A DNA stretch of 64,000 nt from Desulfomonilia bacterium (lineage in GTDB: Bacteria > Desulfobacterota > Desulfomonilia > UBA1062): the NCBI GenBank assembly GCA_963664325.2, contig CAXXDQ010000004.1, forward strand, positions 224,001 through 288,000. Direction: 5' to 3'. This document shows, piece after piece, positions 57,870 to 64,000 of the stretch. Both the position numbers and the translations under genes were made by a program. Position 1 is the first letter of the stretch, and each line of letters begins with the position of its first letter. The notes under the pieces were generated by a model. It had not been told where the DNA came from. It worked only from the letters and a program-made list of their open reading frames with translations, and ran no database searches.

Positions 57870-58955
57870 TTATTTAATGGGGGTCCCGGCAAAATTCCCG
57901 TATTCGGAAAAACCTGTGCCTGCGAAAATTCTGGAAGGCCCAGTCTTTGGTTTCAGTTCTCCTTCGAAAAGGAATCCCTGCATGCCGCCGCCGGGAATGA
58001 TCTTGGCCAGAGGGGTGCTGCTCTTTGCCGTGTAATTGAACACCCCTTCCTTTGACTCCATCTTTCCCTGCCATTTCATGGGTCTGCCGATTTTATTCCC
58101 GTTTCCGTCTTCATCTTCTATAATTTCGAGATATTTAACATGAAGGCCTTTCATCGCCATAACGGATCTGTCCGGGAATTTTGCGGCCGAGCGCAGACCG
58201 ATAAAGGCTTTTGATTTGTATCCGAGAAACAGCCCTGCCGCGGAATCGAACGGCGCATCAGGCGTATGAAACGCAAGCACATCCCAATGGTAATGAATAG
58301 GCAAAAACTTTGTTATATCAAAAGGAAGCGAGAAGCCGCAGACATGCTCAACCACGCCGAAGCCATTTAGTCCGGTATTTATACCCTCACCCTGAACCGA
58401 CACGCCGACTTGACAATGCTGTCCGATATAATGCAGAAGGCTGCCCCATTTCGACCACCATACCGGCCATCCCGATATGAAATCGAAGCGGGCAACTGTG
58501 CCGGTACCGGGCATCTTGAAATGCATGCCGTATTTCCCTTCCGCTCCCTGAAATTTAAAGATGCCGTTAAGCTCGACATTGAAAGGATGCTTGCTTGAAG
58601 AAAGTGTTTCTGTATCAATTTCTTTTGTTTCCACATGCAGTCCGTGAATGCCTGCATAAGCAATCATCAACTCTGAGTGCCTGTCCATTCCCTCAAAAGA
58701 TGCAATAGGGTGCATCTTTTTCCCGCACGAGCGCATAAACATATGAGCTTTGAGCCAGAGCAGTTCCTGATCCTGGGGAAAAATTGCAATCGCAAACCAC
58801 CCGTCCCATGATGAACGGGGCTTGAATGAAACCAGATCGCGGGGTTTTGGCTTCACATTCACGAACTTCTGATCAACCGGGAAATAGAATCCTGCCATAA
58901 GGTCCCTAACCTTTTTAAGATCTAAACTGACATATTGAAGAAGAAAAATCTGCAA
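57870..58955 (-). CDS. Hypothetical protein
   Basis: Long ORF rich in aromatic and beta-forming residues; real start may be the later ATG (MAGFYF). Confidence 0.6.
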   Translation of the reverse strand: MQIFLLQYVSLDLKKVRDLMAGFYFPVDQKFVNVKPKPRDLVSFKPRSSWDGWFAIAIFPQDQELLWLKAHMFMRSCGKKMHPIASFEGMDRHSELMIAYAGIHGLHVETKEIDTETLSSSKHPFNVELNGIFKFQGAEGKYGMHFKMPGTGTVARFDFISGWPVWWSKWGSLLHYIGQHCQVGVSVQGEGINTGLNGFGVVEHVCGFSLPFDITKFLPIHYHWDVLAFHTPDAPFDSAAGLFLGYKSKAFIGLRSAAKFPDRSVMAMKGLHVKYLEIIEDEDGNGNKIGRPMKWQGKMESKEGVFNYTAKSSTPLAKIIPGGGMQGFLFEGELKPKTGPSRIFAGTGFSEYGNFAGTPIK

Positions 58956-58975
58956 AAAAATCTGTACGCATCAGA

Positions 58976-59010
58976 TAAAAATAGGCTGCCCGGCGGGCGC
59001 CCGGCAGCCC
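58976..59010 (-). terminator. Intrinsic terminator
   Basis: GGCTGCCGGGCG/CGCCGGGCAGCC imperfect stem followed by TATTTTT on the minus strand. Confidence 0.6.
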
Positions 59011-59045
59011 TGGTAAATTGGGAGGTAAACGAACAGAGTTGTTTT

Positions 59046-59276
59046 TTATAAAAACATACCCGCCAGTTTCGGCCAGTATGTCGAGCCCCAGATGTTAATC
59101 ACAGGATCGGCATGACATTTGGGGCAGAAATTTTTCTGTGAGATTTTTTTTGTTTCGATTCCAGTTATTTCAGTCTTCATGCAATCACCGCATAAAGGCT
59201 CACCGCATTCCTCGCAATATGCCACCGGATAATTCCCGCATTTGCATATCTCATTGGTCTTTCTGGCTGCCAGCAT
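59046..59276 (-). CDS. Small B-box-like zinc finger protein (76 aa)
   Basis: RBS AGGAGG; CxC...CxxC...LCxxC...CxxC. Confidence 0.7.
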   Translation of the reverse strand: MLAARKTNEICKCGNYPVAYCEECGEPLCGDCMKTEITGIETKKISQKNFCPKCHADPVINIWGSTYWPKLAGMFL

Positions 59277-59307
59277 ATATCTCCTCCTGGAGGTTTTTAA
59301 TATTATA

Positions 59308-59324
59308 TTGCCAGATGCGTGCCA
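59308..59324 (-). promoter_or_regulatory. Putative sigma-54 (-24/-12) promoter
   Basis: TGGCACGCATCTGGCA, with GG-N10-GC spacing, about 30 nt upstream of the zinc finger start. Confidence 0.55.
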
Positions 59325-59457
59325 GAAGACTGATTCAGGCAACCTGCCGGAATTACATAGCATACCGAAAATTGAAATATGTGGCTGTTGCCATTTGACC
59401 ATTAAGACGTATGGTATAAAACCCATAGATCAGGCAATTTCAGATAATAATTAACAT

Positions 59458-60153
59458 CTACAGCATTGTTCTTATCCTGTTCACCATGCCAAGCATTTTA
59501 ACGACAGGTATCATTATCATGGGTGCTGAATAGCTGACCGGCCTTTTTTCAATACATTTTATCAGGTGGCCAACTGCTTTTTTCGTGCTCATCATGAACG
59601 GGAAGAAGGTTCCCTTTGCCATCTTTGTATCGACAAAGCCGAATCGTACATTCGTTATATGAACGCCCTTCGGCCGTACAGCCAGTGCGAGGCCTTCGAG
59701 GTAGTTTGAAAAGCCAGCCTTTGAGGCGCTGTAGCTCGGAGAATCAGGGGCAAGCATCCCGTCCGCCATGCTTGAAAGGCCGATAAAATGACCTTTTCCA
59801 TCTTTCACCATTACCGGGATCACGCAGGAGGCCGCTTTAACCAAACCGACAAGATTGACCTCAAATATTTTTTCTTCGTCTTTCATGTTGGAAAGGTCGA
59901 GCAATTCTCCTATTCCGGCGCAATATACGCACAGATCGGCAGACTCCTTTTCCATGGCGGATTTCAGAAGCGAAGAGAAATTATCATCTTCTACCGTGAT
60001 GAGCGTATGTGAATAAGCATCTTGTTTTACAGGAGACGGGCTTCGTGAAAAGCCGTTTATTCTCCAGCCCCTGTTCAGGAGTTCATGGGTGAGGGCCAGT
60101 CCGATTCCATCCGAATTGCCTATAATAAAAGCTCTACCAGCTATCATATTCAA
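59458..60153 (-). CDS. Short-chain dehydrogenase/reductase
   Basis: GNSDGIG, CAG, YSASK, GFVDTKM. Confidence 0.87.
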   Translation of the reverse strand: MNMIAGRAFIIGNSDGIGLALTHELLNRGWRINGFSRSPSPVKQDAYSHTLITVEDDNFSSLLKSAMEKESADLCVYCAGIGELLDLSNMKDEEKIFEVNLVGLVKAASCVIPVMVKDGKGHFIGLSSMADGMLAPDSPSYSASKAGFSNYLEGLALAVRPKGVHITNVRFGFVDTKMAKGTFFPFMMSTKKAVGHLIKCIEKRPVSYSAPMIMIPVVKMLGMVNRIRTML

Positions 60154-61133
60154 TAACCGTATTTTTTAAGGATACCGGAAGGATCGGTTTTAGTATCACG
60201 TCCGTAATGCCTTAAAAGCATGTCACACCTGTCCGTAAAGATTCCGTCCGCACCGAAAAGGTTTACTAATCTCGCCTGCCACAGGGCGTTGATTGTATAG
60301 ACATGTACGATAAGCCCAGCTTTATGCGCCTTTCGGATATTCCCCGGCCAGGCGATATAGCCGACAGGACCGACCGCATCGGCAATGGCGGCGGCGTCTT
60401 TTACGATCTTATCCCAGCCGGATTCCTTCTCCATTTTTTCATCCACGAGGTAAACCCTGGATATTTCCGGGGCAAGAGCTTTGAACCGTTTAAGGCTTTC
60501 AAGGCTGAATGACTGAAAGACAACCTTTGATTTGTCAAGCCAACCTGCGGATTTCAAGAGCGAGACAATCTTTTCCTCAACACCGGGGTTTATCTCAGGG
60601 CTTTTGCTTTCGATATAAAGCCTCTGCCCGGACCTGCCTGATGATGCGATTTTTATAACCTCTTCAAGGCTCAGGATGGACAGATTCTTATAAGACGGCC
60701 TTGCCCTGTCCGGATTTTTCCTGTTGAACCATGAGCCCGCGTCGAGCCTTTTCAACTCGGACAGTGTAAATGCCGAGACAGCACCCGATTTTTTTTCCGG
60801 AAAAATTTCGGCCACATTGGTAGTCCGCTCAAGGGTATCATCATGAAAAAGGACCGGTACACCGTCCGATGTAAGCTGGATGTCAAATTCGAGATAATCA
60901 GCCCCGAGTTCACGGGCCAGAATATAGGCCGGTTCGGTTTCTTCAGGGGCATACCATGAAGCCCCCCTGTGTGCGATCACGGCTTTTTCAGGTATCCCTG
61001 TTTTCGTAAAAAGACTGATGTCGGCATCGGCAAAGGCCGTACTACCTGCCATGATCACGGAATAAACAGATGAAATTAATATTACCTGTTTCATAATAGA
61101 CGCCTTTTTAAAAATACGGGCATATTGGTTCAT
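60150..61133 (-). CDS. Glycerophosphodiester phosphodiesterase
   Basis: IAHRGAS..APE, EFDIQLTSDG, HD.TL.RTTN, QSF, YTIN, GIFTD. Confidence 0.9.
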   Translation of the reverse strand: MNQYARIFKKASIMKQVILISSVYSVIMAGSTAFADADISLFTKTGIPEKAVIAHRGASWYAPEETEPAYILARELGADYLEFDIQLTSDGVPVLFHDDTLERTTNVAEIFPEKKSGAVSAFTLSELKRLDAGSWFNRKNPDRARPSYKNLSILSLEEVIKIASSGRSGQRLYIESKSPEINPGVEEKIVSLLKSAGWLDKSKVVFQSFSLESLKRFKALAPEISRVYLVDEKMEKESGWDKIVKDAAAIADAVGPVGYIAWPGNIRKAHKAGLIVHVYTINALWQARLVNLFGADGIFTDRCDMLLRHYGRDTKTDPSGILKKYGY

Positions 61134-61181
61134 TTATCCTCCTGATGTGGGTTCATACCTGAACGGCGGTTTTGAAAAGGC

Positions 61182-61274
61182 TGGCGGAGAGAGAGGGATT
61201 CGAACCCTCGGTAAAGCTTTTGACCCTACATTCGCTTAGCAGGCGAACGCCTTCGTCCACTCGGCCATCTCTCC
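61182..61274 (-). tRNA. tRNA-Ser(GCT)
   Basis: GGAGAGATGGCCGAGTGG...anticodon arm TTCGC-CTGCTAA-GCGAA, long variable arm, GGTTCGAATCC, CCA end. Confidence 0.95.
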
Positions 61275-61436
61275 GTATTCTGTAAGAAAAAGCAGGGACT
61301 GCTATAACTATTACGGTCGCCTGCTCGTTCTAACTATCTAATATGCCTACACTTTGACCTGCAAGCACCTTGATGGCAGGATGAATACCATGCATGCCCA
61401 ATCGAGTAAAGAAGAAACATATACGCCTGTCATAAG

Positions 61437-61465
61437 AAAAAAGCCGTCTTCATGACGGCTTTTTT
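61437..61465. terminator. Bidirectional intrinsic terminator after tRNA-Ser(TGA)
   Basis: AAAAAAGCCGTC-ttcat-GACGGCTTTTTT. Confidence 0.8.
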
Positions 61466-61475
61466 GCGTTTTATC

Positions 61476-61563
61476 TGGCGGAGGGAGTAGGATTCGAACC
61501 CACGGTGTCGTGAAACACTGCGGTTTTCAAGACCGCCGCCTTAAGCCACTCGGCCATCCCTCC
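61476..61563 (-). tRNA. tRNA-Ser(TGA)
   Basis: GGAGGGATGGCCGAGTGG...GCGGT-CTTGAAA-ACCGC, variable arm, GGTTCGAATCC, CCA end. Confidence 0.95.
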
Positions 61564-61576
61564 GACTCAAGACTCT

Positions 61577-62839
61577 CTAGCGTATTGGCTCTATCAGGTC
61601 AAGCTCCATGTAGGGCTTTAAAGCCTCGGGAACTCTGACTGTTCCGTCTTCGTTCTGGTAGTTTTCAAGTATGGCCGCGAGTGTCCTTCCTACTGCAAGG
61701 CCGCTGCCGTTGAGCGTATGGCAGAACTCGCTCTTTTTCATCTGGACTGACCTGTAACGGATGTTGCCGCGGCGTGCCTGAAAGTCCGTAAAGCAGCTGC
61801 AGGAGGATATCTCCTTGTAAACACCCTGTCCGGGCATCCAGACTTCGAGGTCATAGGTCTTGGCCGAAGAAAAGCCCAGGTCTCCTGTGCACAGAGAAAT
61901 GACCCGGTAATGAAGCCCGAGCTTTCTGAGGATATCTTCCGCTTCACTGGTCAGCTCTTCAAGGTCGACAAACGAGCGGTCCGGATGGGCGAACCGTACG
62001 AGCTCGACCTTGTCGAACTGGTGCTGCCTGATAAGCCCGCGTGTGTCCTTGCCGTATGAACCCGCCTCGCGCCTGAAGCACGGGGTATAGGCCACGAGCT
62101 TGATCGGAAGCTTTTCTTCTGGCAGCGTCTCGTCGCGGTATATGTTTGTCACCGGCACTTCGGCTGTCGGCACCAGGAAATAATCGTCTGTCCTGAACAG
62201 GTCTTCTTCGAATTTAGGAAGCTGTCCCGTGGCCGTAAAGCTGTCGCGGTTGGCCATGAAAGGCGTCCATACCTCGGTACAGCCATGCTCTTTCGTGTGG
62301 ACATCCAGCATGAAATTTATAAGGGCCCTTTCCAGCCTGGCGCCGGTGCCCCAGTTCAGGCAGAAACGCGCCCCTGTAATCTTAGCGGCTCGCTTGAAAT
62401 CAAGGATGCCGAGGTTTTCGCCAAGCTCCCAGTGCTCCTTGGGGGTAAACGCAAACCCCGGCTTCCCGCCGATTGTCCTTATGACCGGGTTGTCCTCTTC
62501 GGATGAGCCGACTGCAACCGTTTCATGAGGGATATTAGGGATGCGCTTGATGATGTCATCAATGGCGAGCTCCAGATCTTTCATCTCAGTGTCAATGACC
62601 TTGATGCGCTCACCTATCTGCCTGATTTCCTGCTTCTGCTCAGGAGAGCCGCCCTTGTTCTTCGACATCTGCTCAGAAAACTGGTTGCGCTTAGCCTTGA
62701 GTTCATCACCTTCCTGAATTATCGAGCGCCTTCTGGCATCAAGTTCAAGGAGTTCTTCAAGGTCAACTTCGGTGCCGCGGTTTGACAGCGATTTTTTAAC
62801 AATTTCCGGGTTTTGTCTTATAATTTTTATGTCCAGCAT
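61577..62839 (-). CDS. serS: Serine--tRNA ligase
   Basis: [53 protein letters not shown]. Confidence 0.97.
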   Translation of the reverse strand: MLDIKIIRQNPEIVKKSLSNRGTEVDLEELLELDARRRSIIQEGDELKAKRNQFSEQMSKNKGGSPEQKQEIRQIGERIKVIDTEMKDLELAIDDIIKRIPNIPHETVAVGSSEEDNPVIRTIGGKPGFAFTPKEHWELGENLGILDFKRAAKITGARFCLNWGTGARLERALINFMLDVHTKEHGCTEVWTPFMANRDSFTATGQLPKFEEDLFRTDDYFLVPTAEVPVTNIYRDETLPEEKLPIKLVAYTPCFRREAGSYGKDTRGLIRQHQFDKVELVRFAHPDRSFVDLEELTSEAEDILRKLGLHYRVISLCTGDLGFSSAKTYDLEVWMPGQGVYKEISSCSCFTDFQARRGNIRYRSVQMKKSEFCHTLNGSGLAVGRTLAAILENYQNEDGTVRVPEALKPYMELDLIEPIR

Positions 62840-62939
62840 TCCGATAAACTAGCATTGAGGAAAACAAGCGTCAAGGAATTGATTCCATAAGGCTTTTGTG
62901 TCATTGTAATAGCAATTTCCCAAATTCATTTCGGAGGGG

Positions 62940-63980
62940 TTGATGATTTTTCATGTAGTCGGTGCGCGTCCGCAGTTTATCAAGCTTTCACCGGTGCTTA
63001 AGGCATTCAGAAAAGAAGGCCTGATTTCAAAGACCATCCATACCGGCCAGCACTATGACTATGCGATGAACGGACTGCTCTTTAACAACCTGGGCCTGCC
63101 CGAACCGGATTTTCACCTGGGCATCGGTTCCGGATCGCATGCCGTTCAGACGGCAGGGATGCTCAAGGGAATCGAAAATATCCTCATCACTGAAAAACCC
63201 GGACTTGTTATAGTTTACGGCGACACCAACTCGACCCTGGCAGGCGCCCTTGCCGCATCAAAGCTTAATGTAAGGGTGGCCCATGTCGAGGCCGGGCTGC
63301 GCAGCTTCGACAAAAGGATGCCGGAGGAAATAAACCGCATAATCGCCGACAGGCTTTCCGACTACCATTTCTGCCCGACCGAGAATGCCGTCAGGCTGCT
63401 TGCGGCAGAAGGCATGAAAGGAATATTTACTGGTGATGTCATGGTGGATGCCCTGCTTGATTATTCAAAGAAGCTGTCACCGCCGCCTTATACAAAACCA
63501 TATATACTGGTCACGATTCACCGCGCGGAGAACACCGATAATCATGAGAGGTTTGAGGCCATATGGCAGGCGGTTAAATTGCTTGCGCAAACAACTAATG
63601 TGGTCTTTCCCGCCCACCCGAGGACCAAAAACCTGTTCGGCAGCATGTTGAAGGGTGCAGGGAAGATTTCCGTGATCGAACCTGTGGAATATACGGCCAT
63701 GCTTTCCCTGACAAAGCATGCCGCCTGCATCCTGACCGATTCGGGTGGCCTGGTCAAAGAAGCCTTTTTATTAAAGACGCCCTGCGTGACGGTCCGTTCA
63801 ACAACCGAATGGCCGGAAACAATAGAGGCAGGGGCGAATGTCCTTGCGGATGCGTCACCAGAAACGATTGTAGCAGCCGTGAACAAAATGAAAACAGCCA
63901 GCGTCAACCCCGCTGCCATGCCATTCGGAGACGGGACCGCTGCCAAAAAGATCGCCTCATTCATCAGGAAAATAACTTGA
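62940..63980 (+). CDS. wecB: UDP-N-acetylglucosamine 2-epimerase (non-hydrolysing)
   Basis: GARPQFIK, HTGQHYD, GDTNSTLAG, HVEAGLRS, PEEINR, TDSGG. Confidence 0.92.
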   Translation: MMIFHVVGARPQFIKLSPVLKAFRKEGLISKTIHTGQHYDYAMNGLLFNNLGLPEPDFHLGIGSGSHAVQTAGMLKGIENILITEKPGLVIVYGDTNSTLAGALAASKLNVRVAHVEAGLRSFDKRMPEEINRIIADRLSDYHFCPTENAVRLLAAEGMKGIFTGDVMVDALLDYSKKLSPPPYTKPYILVTIHRAENTDNHERFEAIWQAVKLLAQTTNVVFPAHPRTKNLFGSMLKGAGKISVIEPVEYTAMLSLTKHAACILTDSGGLVKEAFLLKTPCVTVRSTTEWPETIEAGANVLADASPETIVAAVNKMKTASVNPAAMPFGDGTAAKKIASFIRKIT

Positions 63981-64000
63981 AACAGTGCAGAAAAGTTGTC

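Noticed and set aside
61182-61563. tRNA-Ser genes as an integration site for an island
   Set aside because: No integrase and no duplicated tRNA 3' end seen in the window.

Overview
Bacterial chromosomal segment. Gene content (NDP-forming acyl-CoA synthetases, thiolase/OB-fold pair, MttB-family methyltransferase, glnA, ppiD, serS with two tRNA-Ser) suggests an anaerobic Desulfobacterota/deltaproteobacterium-like organism; this is inferred. The main feature is an atypical type III-A CRISPR-Cas locus on the minus strand (29.8-41.3 kb): cas6, cas10, csm2, csm3, csm4, a 296-aa Mrr-like PD-(D/E)xK nuclease in the slot normally held by csm5, a 334-aa CARF protein fused to a nucleoside 2-deoxyribosyltransferase/TIR-like domain, array 2 (10 repeats), cas2 and array 1 (29 repeats). 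Cas10 has no HD motif but keeps GGDD and carries an extra Cys4 insertion. No csm5, csm6/csx1, ring nuclease or intact cas1 is visible; a probable cas1 3' scar sits just before cas2. The interference and effector genes form an AT-rich cassette between host-like cas6 and cas2. The arrays show interspersed repeat variants, two leader-proximal spacers sharing 20 nt, and spacers that read as collagen-like, KAP-NTPase-like and CheY-like coding sequence. Outside the locus there is an orphan Cys-repeat RiPP-like precursor (6174-6416), a multi-TM sialidase, and a multiply frameshifted MFS gene that is probably a sequencing error. All calls come from reading motifs by eye; no searches were run.
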